This document shows, one piece after another, positions 19,877-29,613 of a DNA stretch of 64,000 nt. The notes under the pieces were generated by a model. That model had not been told where the DNA came from. It saw nothing but the letters and a program-made list of their open reading frames with translations, and ran no database searches. The position numbers were made by a program, and so were the translations under genes. Origin of the DNA: Candidatus Latescibacterota bacterium. Lineage in GTDB: Bacteria > Latescibacterota > UBA2968 > GCA-2709665. The stretch lies in NCBI GenBank assembly GCA_965222075.1, contig OZ244937.1, positions 1,440,001-1,504,000 of the forward strand, given 5' to 3'. The first letter of the stretch is position 1. Each line of letters starts with the position of its first letter.

Positions 19877-20323
19877 TCAGACTCCAGCCTTCTTTTTCAG
19901 TCCCTGGTAGGAATTCTCTTCGGTCACCTCGGCCGATACCGGCAGCCCCGAATCCCGCCAGCCAGGCACCTCAACCCTCCCCGTGCCCGGGTTCACCCTG
20001 CCCCCAAACCCGCCCTGCACGTTCACAGGTCTTGTATACCCCGCCCCTTTCAGGATCTCTGCGGCCATCTGCGACCGGATGCCCGCCTGGCAACCGCAGT
20101 AAATCGGCTTCTCAGGGGGCAAAATCTTCTCTACGACCGCCAGAAAGTCAGGATTGGGCGCCATCCCTCCGCCTGGATTGGGAATGGCCACCGGTATATT
20201 GATGGCCCCCTCCGGGTGGCCCTGCGCAAATTCCATTTCGGTGCGCACGTCTAAATAGACCACTTCCGGATCGGCGTCCAGCGCCGCCTTGGCATCGGGG
20301 GGGGTTACCTGATCGATCGCCAT
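19877..20323 (-). CDS. Rhodanese-like sulfurtransferase
   Basis: YLDVRTEMEFAQGHPEGAINIP; active-site loop CQAGIRS; GWRDSGLPV. Confidence 0.93.
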   Translation of the reverse strand: MAIDQVTPPDAKAALDADPEVVYLDVRTEMEFAQGHPEGAINIPVAIPNPGGGMAPNPDFLAVVEKILPPEKPIYCGCQAGIRSQMAAEILKGAGYTRPVNVQGGFGGRVNPGTGRVEVPGWRDSGLPVSAEVTEENSYQGLKKKAGV

Positions 20324-20484
20324 AGTACCCTCTTTTATTGATGAAACGGTTTGACGTCACACGAATATCCATACCGCTTAATATATCCAAAAGCGCAAAT
20401 CTGTCCAGAAGATTTATGACCGTGACCGGCGCCGTTCGCACTTACCCCTCAGGCTCCTTACGCCTGCTCGAAGTATGACGTAAA

Positions 20485-20526
20485 GAAAAAAACGGCCAGC
20501 GATTGAACCCTCAACCGCTGGCCGTT
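20485..20526 (-). terminator. Intrinsic terminator after Mo subunit 3
   Basis: AAAAAAACGGCCAGCGATTGA-accc-TCAACCGCTGGCCGTT; homologous to the 10398 hairpin. Confidence 0.8.
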
Positions 20527-20575
20527 CAGGTTCCCAGCGCTTCTCCTACCTGCCGCCCCAGGGCCTCACCACCAG

Positions 20576-22882
20576 TCACGTCTTCCCGTTCCCACCCTTG
20601 CCGTTCTCGGACCAGAGGGCCTTCAAAATCCGTCCCGGAGACATTGGCAGTTCGTTCATCCGCACCCCGACTGCCCGGTAGATCGCATTGGCAACCGCCG
20701 CCAGCGGCGGTATAATGGACGCCTCACCCACCCCTCGCGCCCCGTAGGGGTGGCCCGGATTGGGCACCTCCACAATCACCGTTTCGATCATCGGCAGGTC
20801 CAGGCAGGTCGGCATCCGGTAATCCAGCAGGCTGGCGTTGGTCAGTTCCCCTTTCTCGTTGTAGATATACTCCTCGTTCAGCGCCCACCCGATGCCCTGC
20901 GCCATCCCGCCCTGCATCTGCCCTTCCACATAGCTTGGATAGATCGCCTTCCCTGCGTCCTGGATCATAGTCGCACGCAGGATATCCACCTTACCGGTCT
21001 CCGGATCGACTTCTACGTCCACAATCGCCTGGGTAAAAGACGCGCCCGCACCCCTGGGTTTCACGCTTGCACGCCCCATCACAGGTCCACCTGTCTCATC
21101 AAGTTTCCCCGCCATCTCTTTGAACATCAGGAATTTGGATGGATCGGACCTGGACTGAAAGACCCCATTTTCAAATTCCACATCGTCCTCGGAAATCTCC
21201 CAATAGAGGGCCGCCCTCTCGATCATCTGGCGCTCGACATCCTGCGCCGCCTCGTAGGACGCCCAGCCGGTGGCGAAGGCGGTGCGGCTGCCCCCCGTGT
21301 TGCCGGTATACGCGATCGCGTCGGTATCGGGCACGCTCGGTTTCACATCCTCCGCAGGGATGCCCAGCACCTCGGCAAGCTGCAATGCGCAGGCCGTCCG
21401 GGTGCCGCCGATGTCCACCGAGCCCTCCACCAGACTCACCGTCCCGTCGGCATTCACGCTCGCACAGGCGCTTGAAATACCCCCCCCGTTGCCCCAGAAC
21501 CCCGACGCCACCCCCCGGCCCCGGTTCGCTCCCTCCAGCGGGGTCTGGTAGTGGTCGCTTTCCATCGCCGCCTCCAAAACCTCCTCGTGCCCGACCCGGG
21601 GATAGACCGGCCCATCGGCCCGCCGTGTGCCCTCCTTCGCCGAATTTTTGAGCCGGAACGCCAGTGGGTCCATCCCCAGTTGCTCACAGAGTTCGTCGAT
21701 CACCGTCTCCGACGCAAACGCGGCATTGCTCACCCCGGGGGCCCGGTAGGCCGAGGTGGACGGCTTGTTGACCACCGCCTCATAGGCATCGATAAACACA
21801 TTCTCGATCGTGTAGGGGGCAAACATACAGCGTGCCCCGGCGCCCACCGGGCACCCGGGAAAGGCCCCCGCCTCATAGGCCAGGTAGGCGTATGCCGCAA
21901 CCAGCTTCCCCTCCCTGGTGGCCCCTATCTTCACCCGAATATACGACCCCGACGTAGGTCCGGTTGCTTGCAGCACCTCCGTTCGGGACATCACCAGCTT
22001 TACGGGATGTCCCGTCTGTTTGGAGAGCAACGCGGCCAGAGGCTCCAGATACACCTTGATCTTCCCGCCAAACCCGCCGCCGATCTCGGCCGGAACCACC
22101 CGGACTTTAGAGACCGACATATCGAAGAGCCTGGCTACCTGGTCCCGCACGCCAAACGCCCCCTGGTTGCTGCACCAGATGGTGAGGTGGCCGTCCGGGT
22201 TCCACAGCGCCGTGGCGTTCTGGGGCTCGATATACCCCTGGTGGACCATCCCGGTCTTAAACTCGTGTTCAACCACCACGTCCGCCTCTTCAAACCCCAC
22301 CTCTATATCGCCCAGTTTGTGCTGAAACTGCTGGGAAATATTGCTCACCTTCTCGGTCTCGGTACCCAGCGATCTGGTCGTCTGGTCTCCATGCAGGAGC
22401 GGCGCGCCGTCCGCCATCGCCTCTCGCACGTCCAGCACCGGTTCGAGAACCTCGTAGTCCACCTTGATCGATTCCAGCGCCTCTTCGGCCACGTGAGGAT
22501 TGATGGCCGCTACCGCCGCCACCGGGAACCCCTGGTAGAGCACCTTGTCGGTGGCCAGCACGGCGGCGAAGAGATGCTTCAGCCGGACAATCTCTTCACC
22601 CAGGTCCTCCACCTTGTCTTCGAAGGCGCGAATGAAATCCTGCCCCGTAATCACGGCCTTGACTCCCGGATGGGCCTCCGCGCGGCTGGTGTCAATCGAT
22701 TTGATCCGGGCATGCGCATGGGGGCTTCTCAACACCTTCCCGTGCAGCAGCCCCGCCATTTGCACGTCCGCCCCGTAGATCGCCCGCCCCGTCACCTTAT
22801 CCATGCCGTCGTGTCGAATCGGACGGGTCCCAACAACCTTGTAGTCTTCAATCCCCAGATACGCTTGGGCCTTCGTCGCCAT
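20576..22882 (-). CDS. Xanthine dehydrogenase/CoxL-like molybdopterin-binding subunit (paralogue 3, stand-alone)
   Basis: Starts [16 protein letters not shown] like the other two paralogues; AYRAPG, RGVGE. Confidence 0.95.
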   Translation of the reverse strand: MATKAQAYLGIEDYKVVGTRPIRHDGMDKVTGRAIYGADVQMAGLLHGKVLRSPHAHARIKSIDTSRAEAHPGVKAVITGQDFIRAFEDKVEDLGEEIVRLKHLFAAVLATDKVLYQGFPVAAVAAINPHVAEEALESIKVDYEVLEPVLDVREAMADGAPLLHGDQTTRSLGTETEKVSNISQQFQHKLGDIEVGFEEADVVVEHEFKTGMVHQGYIEPQNATALWNPDGHLTIWCSNQGAFGVRDQVARLFDMSVSKVRVVPAEIGGGFGGKIKVYLEPLAALLSKQTGHPVKLVMSRTEVLQATGPTSGSYIRVKIGATREGKLVAAYAYLAYEAGAFPGCPVGAGARCMFAPYTIENVFIDAYEAVVNKPSTSAYRAPGVSNAAFASETVIDELCEQLGMDPLAFRLKNSAKEGTRRADGPVYPRVGHEEVLEAAMESDHYQTPLEGANRGRGVASGFWGNGGGISSACASVNADGTVSLVEGSVDIGGTRTACALQLAEVLGIPAEDVKPSVPDTDAIAYTGNTGGSRTAFATGWASYEAAQDVERQMIERAALYWEISEDDVEFENGVFQSRSDPSKFLMFKEMAGKLDETGGPVMGRASVKPRGAGASFTQAIVDVEVDPETGKVDILRATMIQDAGKAIYPSYVEGQMQGGMAQGIGWALNEEYIYNEKGELTNASLLDYRMPTCLDLPMIETVIVEVPNPGHPYGARGVGEASIIPPLAAVANAIYRAVGVRMNELPMSPGRILKALWSENGKGGNGKT

Positions 22883-22987
22883 GGTGTTTTTCCTCCGTAA
22901 CGAGCGCTTTTTCGACACGGTTGGAGACCATCTCGACCTTGTAATGCAGGAAACGCCAACCCCACGAGCGGGCCGTCATATCCCGGT

Positions 22988-23221
22988 TCAGAGCCCCTGA
23001 TCCGGTTTCTGACGTTTTGCCCACCTCCCGTAAGCCCTCCAGTCGATCACTTCGCTCTCTCCATTACACCGGAGAATGCCACAGGCCAGGTATTCCTTCA
23101 CCCTGTCGGTTATTGCATCTGTGGGAATGTCTAAATACTTTGCGGCAACAGATTCTCCCAGACCGGTCTCAAGCAACTTGAGCAAAGCCCGGTCGTCGAT
23201 CGCTACAGGGCGTCCAGACAT
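22988..23221 (-). CDS. Small hypothetical protein, possibly winged-helix
   Basis: 77 aa with an HTH-like spacing (ESVAAKYLDIPTDAITDRVKEYLACGIL). Confidence 0.55.
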   Translation of the reverse strand: MSGRPVAIDDRALLKLLETGLGESVAAKYLDIPTDAITDRVKEYLACGILRCNGESEVIDWRAYGRWAKRQKPDQGL

Positions 23222-23349
23222 AGGCTAACCCCCGGGGGACGAGGCAACGACGATTAGGAAAACAGACGGGGGAGAAACTGGGAAAATGCTACGGTGAAAG
23301 ACAAGAAACGAAAAAAACAGGCCAAACGCCAGCAGAATTTGAAGCGGCG

Positions 23350-23386
23350 AGGCAGGCGCAGGCAGGCGCAGGCAGGCGCAGGCAGG
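23350..23386 (+). repeat. Tandem 10-bp repeat (AGGCAGGCGC)x3.7
   Basis: aggcaggcgc aggcaggcgc aggcaggcgc aggcagg; the unit contains the right arm of the palindrome family. Confidence 0.9.
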
Positions 23387-23530
23387 TAACCCTGCGATTT
23401 GTCTACCCTGGAAGAACCAGCGGGGGATGACCTATCGTGAGATTACACAAACGATCTTGCAGGGAGAGGTCGTTGATCAGAGCCCGAATGCTTCCCCCCA
23501 CCCTGGCCGATCCCGGTTCAAAATCATCGA

Positions 23531-23572
23531 AAAAAGAACCCCCTGCAAGCAGTTGTTCTTGCAGGGGGTTCT
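23531..23572 (-). terminator. Terminator after tRNA-Pro(CGG)
   Basis: AGAACCCCCTGCAAG...CTTGCAGGGGGTTCT with a minus-strand U-tract. Confidence 0.85.
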
Positions 23573-23575
23573 CAA

Positions 23576-23652
23576 TGGTCGGGGCGAGAGGATTTGAACC
23601 TCCGGCCTCCTGCTCCCGAAGCAGGCGCTCTACCGGACTGAGCCACGCCCCG
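23576..23652 (-). tRNA. tRNA-Pro(CGG)
   Basis: CGGGGCG acceptor; anticodon arm CCTGC-TTCGGGA-GCAGG; GGTTCAAATCC; CCA encoded. Confidence 0.97.
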
Positions 23653-23735
23653 ACAATCTCGATTTGACACTTAGAATCTGGAAACCCGGGTCGGGAGAAT
23701 ACAAATATAGCAATTTCTTAAGCCGGAAGCAAACA

Positions 23736-24323
23736 TCAACGGTTCAGGGCCAGCTTAACAACCACAGCCCCCAGCACAAGCAGAACCACAAAAACCACGA
23801 ACAGGATATTAAGATAGCGGTCGATAAAGGTCTTAATCGCAGGACCAAAAGCGGAGATCATCCCCCCTACCAGGAAGAACCGTCCCGACCGGCCCAGCAG
23901 GGAAGCGGATACGAGCGTGGCAAAGGGGATCTGAAAGACCCCCGCGGCAATTGCAAAAACCTTGTAAGGAACCGGCGTAAATCCTGCAATCGCAATGGCC
24001 CAAAAAGCGTTCTCCCGATATTGCCCGCCCACATAGTCGAACTGCTCAGTGACGCCGTAAAACTCGATAATCCAGTGCCCCACCAGTTCGTAGGACTCCA
24101 GCCCGATCACATAGCCAATTATCCCGCCGATCACCGACCCCACCGAACAGACCGCCGCGTAAAAGAGGGCGCGTTGGGGCAGTGAGATCGCCAGGGCGAT
24201 CAACAACACATCCGGCGGAACCGGAAAAAATGACGACTCCGCAAGTGCAAGCAGAAAAAGCGCGGGCGTAGCGTAGCGGCTCTCAGCCCACCCCATCACC
24301 CAGTCGTAGAGTCGCTTCAGCAT
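23736..24323 (-). CDS. YqaA/DedA (VTT domain) membrane protein
   Basis: [39 protein letters not shown]; start MLKRLYDW. Confidence 0.93.
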   Translation of the reverse strand: MLKRLYDWVMGWAESRYATPALFLLALAESSFFPVPPDVLLIALAISLPQRALFYAAVCSVGSVIGGIIGYVIGLESYELVGHWIIEFYGVTEQFDYVGGQYRENAFWAIAIAGFTPVPYKVFAIAAGVFQIPFATLVSASLLGRSGRFFLVGGMISAFGPAIKTFIDRYLNILFVVFVVLLVLGAVVVKLALNR

Positions 24324-24393
24324 CCCCGACCCTATCCGGCCTCGCTGCTGGACGCGTAACATAGCAAATTGGTCCCCACCTCCAAAACCAAAC

Positions 24394-24443
24394 AGCAAAA
24401 CGGACAGAAGGCCGATCTTTCAAATCCTCCTGCCCGTTTTGCT
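24394..24443 (-). terminator. Hairpin downstream of tRNA-Pro(GGG)
   Basis: AGCAAAACGGACAGAAGG...CCTCCTGCCCGTTTTGCT imperfect inverted repeat. Confidence 0.55.
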
Positions 24444-24447
24444 CTTA

Positions 24448-24524
<77 letters not shown>

Positions 24525-24675
24525 ACATCAAAATATCCGCCCCTGACTTGTCGTTCCAGGTTTTGTTGCCAAGACAACGGTGGTTCTTGACCACAAGAGA
24601 TCGATGCATCAGATTTAATAAAAATAAGCCCAAACGCCCCAAAAGTCAATACCCAACCCCCCAGCCCCGGGCCTG

Positions 24676-26043
24676 TCAATCCACAGAGTTGCCGTAATAC
24701 CGAGAGCTGTAGTACATGCCGGCCAGGATCTTGATCAGGATATTCAAAACGGCCGCCACCGGGATTGCGATGACCATCCCCACAAACCCCCAGAAATGGG
24801 CCGAGACCACAAGCGCAAACATCACCCAGGCCGGATGCAGCCCAACCCGCTGCCCCACCACCCTGGGAGAGAGAAAATTACCCTCGATACCCTGCACCAC
24901 CACGAAAACACCGATCACCTTCAGTAGATTGGCAAAAGGGTCGGCGTCCAGAAGCGCAACCAGAGAGGCCACCCCCAGAGAAACGGCCAGACCAACGTAG
25001 GGAACCAGGTTGGAAATCCCGGCCATGAGGCCCAGAAGAACCGCGTACCGGATGCCGAGTAAGCCCAGCCCCAGAGAGGTCAAAGCCGCAATAAACCCGC
25101 AAACCAGGATCTGCCCACGCACATATTGACCCAGAACAATATCCACCCCCTTCAGAATCCCGACCATCATGTCGACATGGTGCCGGGGCAGGATATCCTG
25201 CAGGGCCTGTTTGATGCGCTCATAATCTTTTAACACGTAGAAGGTGACAAACGGGATTATCAGCAGGTTTAAAAGGGCCGCAAGCCCCGAGGTCAATCCT
25301 TTGAGGGCGGCCGTCGTCTGGTCGGCAAAGATCTGCCCCACCTGGGGCAGCTGTTCAACAAACCACTTTTGAATCTCACCGGCAGGGATCATATACCCGT
25401 AGAATCGGAGATTGGCCAGCAGACGCTCGTAAGCCCGCTCAATATCAGCCGCGTAAACGGGCAACCGTTGGGCCAGTTCTCTAACTTCATCGATCACCCT
25501 GGGGATCACCACGATCCCGATCCCCGACAGAACGCCCAGGACAAACAGAACGATGACGCCAATGGCCAGCGTTCGGGAGAGGCGACGTCCTATAACCCCA
25601 ACCAGGGGGGCTAAGAGATAGGCCAGAACAAAGGAAACCACAAATGGCCAGAGCAGACCGGCGACTTCGGATATAAACCATTCCGCAATCAGCAGGGTGG
25701 AAATAACACCGATGCCCACTTCAAACCGGACACCTTTTTGCGTGAGCAGGAGCAGGCCAAAAATCGAAGCGCCAACCAATAAGGGGGAGAGCCCGTCTCG
25801 CAGAAGCAGAACATAGAGCAAGGCCCCCAAAAAGATAAGAACGACCACCCGGAAAAAAAGACGGTCATCCGCCCCGGCAGGACCTGCCGTATCACCGAGC
25901 CGGGCATCGGGTTTGTCGGCGCTGTAACGGTCCGCGGCCTCCTGCCTGGGAGCAGGCGTAGGCATCGCCGAATCGGCCTCTTCTCGCGCCCCACGGCCCT
26001 CCAAAGTCCCCTCCGGGCCGCTGAGATCCCGATGAGATTCCAT
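24676..26043 (-). CDS. AI-2E family transporter
   Basis: LAYLLAPLV, YVRGQIL, NLVPYVG, QGIEGNFLSPRVVGQRVGLHP, GFVGMVIAIP. Confidence 0.93.
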   Translation of the reverse strand: MESHRDLSGPEGTLEGRGAREEADSAMPTPAPRQEAADRYSADKPDARLGDTAGPAGADDRLFFRVVVLIFLGALLYVLLLRDGLSPLLVGASIFGLLLLTQKGVRFEVGIGVISTLLIAEWFISEVAGLLWPFVVSFVLAYLLAPLVGVIGRRLSRTLAIGVIVLFVLGVLSGIGIVVIPRVIDEVRELAQRLPVYAADIERAYERLLANLRFYGYMIPAGEIQKWFVEQLPQVGQIFADQTTAALKGLTSGLAALLNLLIIPFVTFYVLKDYERIKQALQDILPRHHVDMMVGILKGVDIVLGQYVRGQILVCGFIAALTSLGLGLLGIRYAVLLGLMAGISNLVPYVGLAVSLGVASLVALLDADPFANLLKVIGVFVVVQGIEGNFLSPRVVGQRVGLHPAWVMFALVVSAHFWGFVGMVIAIPVAAVLNILIKILAGMYYSSRYYGNSVD

Positions 26044-26050
26044 GTCGCTC

Positions 26051-26959
26051 CTATCTCCCCTTACGTGTACTCAAAAAGCTTTCTGTCTGCTGATCGACAT
26101 CGAAAAACCGGAGAAAATGTCTGGGCCGGGTTGGATTTTCATATTCCCCGATCAGTTCGGGAACGCCGTCTCCATCTACATCGGCGTATCCGATCTTCTG
26201 CCCGAAACCGTCCGGGAAACGCCATTCCACCTGACGGTAAGTGGCATCCACAACAAACCCGGTATTCAAAACGATCTCTAAAATGCCATCGTCGTCCAGG
26301 TCACCCACGATAATACTGCGTGCAGAAAGACCCGGTTCGCTCTCCCACTCCAAAAAAAGGTGCTTGCAATCGTAGACATACAGGCGGGAAATCTCGGCCT
26401 CCCGCTGCCGCTCCGCCTCTTCCTGGCTCTCCCCTCTCACGCTGGGTTGATAGACCGACACATCGGCCACGGCCTCGCCGCAGAACACCAGTTCAAGTTG
26501 CGGGTCTTCATCCACATTGGTGACAACCATCGCAGAGATCGTGGCGTACTGATCATCGGTACTCCTCCAGATCACCTTGTAGTCGTCGGCTTTGTAAAAG
26601 ACGATATCCCCAAATTCTGAGTAGCCCACAATCTCAAGCTTTCCATCGGCGTCAATATCGGCCACAAAAATCTCTGCAATCGATGACTTAAGGGTCTCAC
26701 TGACCCACTCCTCCTGGAACCGGCCTTCCTTAAACCTCACCGCGTGAATCCGTCCCACGCGATCTCCGTAAATAATCCGGCGGTCGGTCCCATCTTCCGA
26801 GGCAATCACCCGCACGGGGTGCATCTCGTCAACGAACCCGCCAAATGAGATGTCCGGACTCTTTTTCCACCGGTACCATTCCAGCTCCCCGGTTCGGGCC
26901 GAGGGGACAGAAAAAATGGAAACCATCGCAAAAACGAAGACCGCCACAGCAATTCGCAT
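26051..26959 (-). CDS. Secreted FG-GAP/VCBS-repeat protein
   Basis: Signal peptide; repeated Ca-binding motifs ADIDADGKLEIV, NVDEDPQLELV, GDLDDDGILEIV, ADVDGDGVPELI. Confidence 0.85.
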   Translation of the reverse strand: MRIAVAVFVFAMVSIFSVPSARTGELEWYRWKKSPDISFGGFVDEMHPVRVIASEDGTDRRIIYGDRVGRIHAVRFKEGRFQEEWVSETLKSSIAEIFVADIDADGKLEIVGYSEFGDIVFYKADDYKVIWRSTDDQYATISAMVVTNVDEDPQLELVFCGEAVADVSVYQPSVRGESQEEAERQREAEISRLYVYDCKHLFLEWESEPGLSARSIIVGDLDDDGILEIVLNTGFVVDATYRQVEWRFPDGFGQKIGYADVDGDGVPELIGEYENPTRPRHFLRFFDVDQQTESFLSTRKGR

Positions 26960-26986
26960 AGTGGACCTCACCGAAAAGATCTAAGA

Positions 26987-27895
26987 TCAGAAAATGCTCA
27001 ACTTAAAATAGCGGGTAGGATCTCTCTTGATATCTTCCAGCAGGCTATTCACCGAAGCCAACGTGCTCTGAAGATCCCTGTAGAGCTGCTCGTCGCTGAC
27101 CAGGCGCCCCAGGGTGCCCTCTCCATTCCGGACCTTCCGCGAGACCTCATTCAGATTTCCCAGCATCTCCTGAAGAGACATGGAGGCAGCCTCCATGTTT
27201 TCCGACATCGCGGCCAGCCGCTCTGTTGTGGTGCGCAGGTCTTCCACGGCCTGCCGCACCTGCTCCCGGTTTTCGTCCAGCATACCCCGCGCCTCGCCGG
27301 AAGCCAGCGCCAGGCTCTCGATCGCTTTTGAAAACGTGGCCCGGTTCTCCTCCAGGATCGTCTTTAACTTGAACGTCGTGCTGTCCATCTGCGTCAGGGC
27401 GTTTTGGATATGGGTGAGGTTGCCTTCGGTGGCGAACTTATCCACTGCCCGATTCAGATCCTGGACCATGTCAGTCGCCCTGGCCGTCAGTTCCTCAAGC
27501 CCCGGGCTCGAGGTCCCGGTCAGGTGCTCGCCATCGGCAAGCACCTGGCTGTCCGAGCCCACCTGGATCTCGATCTCCTTCTCACCGAGCATGCCCTTGC
27601 TCCTTATGGTCAGCTTCGAATCCCGGGGCAGGCCCCGTACCTTTTCAAACCCGAGCGTCACCACCGGACGCCCCTCCCGGATGTCGATGTCCAGCACCTT
27701 CCCGACCTTGACGCCCCGGAGGGTCACCCAGGCGTTTGGGTCAAGCCCCTGAACAGAGTCGAATGTGGCGGTCACCTTGTAGCCCCCCGCAGCTCCGGCG
27801 TAATTCTCTGACAGCCACACAGAGCCCACCACCACAATCGCAAAGGCCACAAAGACGACCGCTCCCAGAACCACCTCACGCTCACGACTTGCCAT
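26987..27895 (-). CDS. mlaD: MlaD/MCE family protein
   Basis: N-terminal TM, FDSVQGL...GVKVGKV, GMLGEKEIEI, helical tail GEGTLGRLV. Confidence 0.9.
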   Translation of the reverse strand: MASREREVVLGAVVFVAFAIVVVGSVWLSENYAGAAGGYKVTATFDSVQGLDPNAWVTLRGVKVGKVLDIDIREGRPVVTLGFEKVRGLPRDSKLTIRSKGMLGEKEIEIQVGSDSQVLADGEHLTGTSSPGLEELTARATDMVQDLNRAVDKFATEGNLTHIQNALTQMDSTTFKLKTILEENRATFSKAIESLALASGEARGMLDENREQVRQAVEDLRTTTERLAAMSENMEAASMSLQEMLGNLNEVSRKVRNGEGTLGRLVSDEQLYRDLQSTLASVNSLLEDIKRDPTRYFKLSIF

Positions 27896-28640
27896 GTTCT
27901 CCCCCCAATTGCCCTGCAACAAAACCCTTGAATACCGGATCCTCCCGGATCTCCTCCGGAGCCCCCACCGCTGCTACCCTACCCTTATCGATCAATGCAA
28001 TCCTGTCCGAAACACGAAGGGCCAGCGGGATGTCGTGGGTCACCACAACCGAGGTGATATCCAGATCGTGTTGAAGTTTCAAAATCAGATCGCCCACGAC
28101 ATTGGCCGTATGGGGGTCCAACCCGGTGGTCGGCTCGTCGTAGAGGATAATATTGGGCGACAGGGCAATGGCCCGGGCCAGGGCCGCCCGTTTCCGCATC
28201 CCTCCCGAAAGGTCAACGGGCATCACCCCTTCAACGCCGGGCAGTTCCACCTGCTCCAGACAGACCCGCACCCGCTCGTCAATCTCGGACTCCGACATGG
28301 GGGTATGCATCCGCAGCCCGAAAGCGACGTTTTCTTTCACGTTCATCGAATCGAACAGCGCCGCAGACTGAAACAATACCCCGATGCGCTTTCGGAGCCC
28401 AAACAAATCTCCCTGCTTGATGACATTCATATCGTGTCCGGCCACCATCACACGCCCCTGGTCGGCCTGCAGGATGCCGATGACATGCTTTAGGGTCACA
28501 CTCTTGCCGCAGCCGCTGGGCCCCAGAATCGTGGTCACCTCACCCCAGTGGACCTCTAAGTTCAGCCCCTTCAACACCTGGTTCTCGTCGAACTGCTTGT
28601 ACACCTCTTCAAACCGGATTGCAGGTCCGTTTTGCGCCAT
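27882..28640 (-). CDS. mlaF: MlaF-like ABC ATPase
   Basis: GPSGCGKS, LFQSAALFDS, LSGGMRKRAALARA, YDEPTTGLDP. Confidence 0.92.
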   Translation of the reverse strand: MAQNGPAIRFEEVYKQFDENQVLKGLNLEVHWGEVTTILGPSGCGKSVTLKHVIGILQADQGRVMVAGHDMNVIKQGDLFGLRKRIGVLFQSAALFDSMNVKENVAFGLRMHTPMSESEIDERVRVCLEQVELPGVEGVMPVDLSGGMRKRAALARAIALSPNIILYDEPTTGLDPHTANVVGDLILKLQHDLDITSVVVTHDIPLALRVSDRIALIDKGRVAAVGAPEEIREDPVFKGFVAGQLGGEHGKS

Positions 28641-28656
28641 GGCCCGTCTCTATATC

Positions 28657-29430
28657 CTAATACAGCATCGTATGCGTCAAAAAATAATCCAGAATCAGGA
28701 TCAGGGCCGAAGAAACCACAACCGCGGCCGTAGCTGCCCGACCCACCCCCTGGGCCCCGCCCCCGGTCTGCAGCCCCATATAACATCCCATAAATGTGAT
28801 CAGCCCCCCGAAGACCATCGATTTCGCCAGCCCCACAAACACATCGTAAGCCTGAAAATCCAACTTCATGCCCTTGACAAAATTAAAGACGCTGATATCC
28901 ACCTTGATAATGGCGATGATGAACCCTGCACAGACAGACACAAAGCTGGAAAAGACCACCAGCACCGGGATCATCATCAGTCCGGCCAGCAGCCGGGGCA
29001 TCATCAGGTATCCCACCGGATCCACAGCCAGAGAGACCAGCGCATCCACCTGTTCGGAGACCTTCATAGACCCCACTTCCGAGGCGATGCCCGCCCCCAC
29101 GCGACCGGCCAGCACCAGCCCCATCAACACAGGCGCCAGTTCCAGCACCACAGAACGCAGCACCACGCTCCCCACCATATAATCCGGCACGTAGGCCTCC
29201 ATCTGATAGGCCATCTGGATGGAAACCGCCATCCCGCTGAAGCAGGAAACCAGGCAGACCAGAGACAGGGAACCCACCCCGATGGCATAGCACTGCTCAA
29301 CAACCTGCCGGCGATAAAAGTAGAGATGCCGGAACTCTCTCAGACAGCGGGTAAAATAGCGATACATATGATACGCCTGAGAGAAAAAGCGAACAATATA
29401 AACGCCGAGAAAACGGAAGAGACGTTCCAT
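28657..29430 (-). CDS. mlaE: MlaE-like ABC permease
   Basis: ELAPVLMGLVLAGRVGAGIASEVGSMKVSEQVDAL; GAQGVGRAATAAVV. Confidence 0.93.
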   Translation of the reverse strand: MERLFRFLGVYIVRFFSQAYHMYRYFTRCLREFRHLYFYRRQVVEQCYAIGVGSLSLVCLVSCFSGMAVSIQMAYQMEAYVPDYMVGSVVLRSVVLELAPVLMGLVLAGRVGAGIASEVGSMKVSEQVDALVSLAVDPVGYLMMPRLLAGLMMIPVLVVFSSFVSVCAGFIIAIIKVDISVFNFVKGMKLDFQAYDVFVGLAKSMVFGGLITFMGCYMGLQTGGGAQGVGRAATAAVVVSSALILILDYFLTHTMLY

Positions 29431-29613
29431 ATTATCTCTGCAATGGCAAAAGGTGAAAAAACGCAAAAAACCGACCTAACGATCCATAGAAAGAATCCCC
29501 CAAAAGGAGAAATTGGAAAGAAGATCAAAACAGGAAGGATCGGCCTGCCGGCCGTTGGCTTTGCAGGTCCGACAGAAGGAGCGGGGACTTTGAAACCGTT
29601 ACAAACCAGGCAC

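Noticed and set aside
20420-20480. Possible structured RNA or riboswitch upstream of the rhodanese gene
   Set aside because: No recognisable Moco or other riboswitch consensus by eye; an Rfam cmscan would be needed.
10729-22882. Aerobic CO dehydrogenase (coxMSL) call
   Set aside because: The active-site loop is AYRAPG, not AYXCSFR or AYXGAGR, and there are no coxDEFG accessory genes.
23350-23386. Possible CRISPR array
   Set aside because: 10-bp units with no spacers and no cas genes; no repeat-spacer structure was seen anywhere in the window.
25937-25963. CCTGCCTGGGAGCAGGCGTAGG in the AI-2E N-terminus as another element copy
   Set aside because: The right arm is too degenerate; compatible with chance in GC-rich coding DNA.
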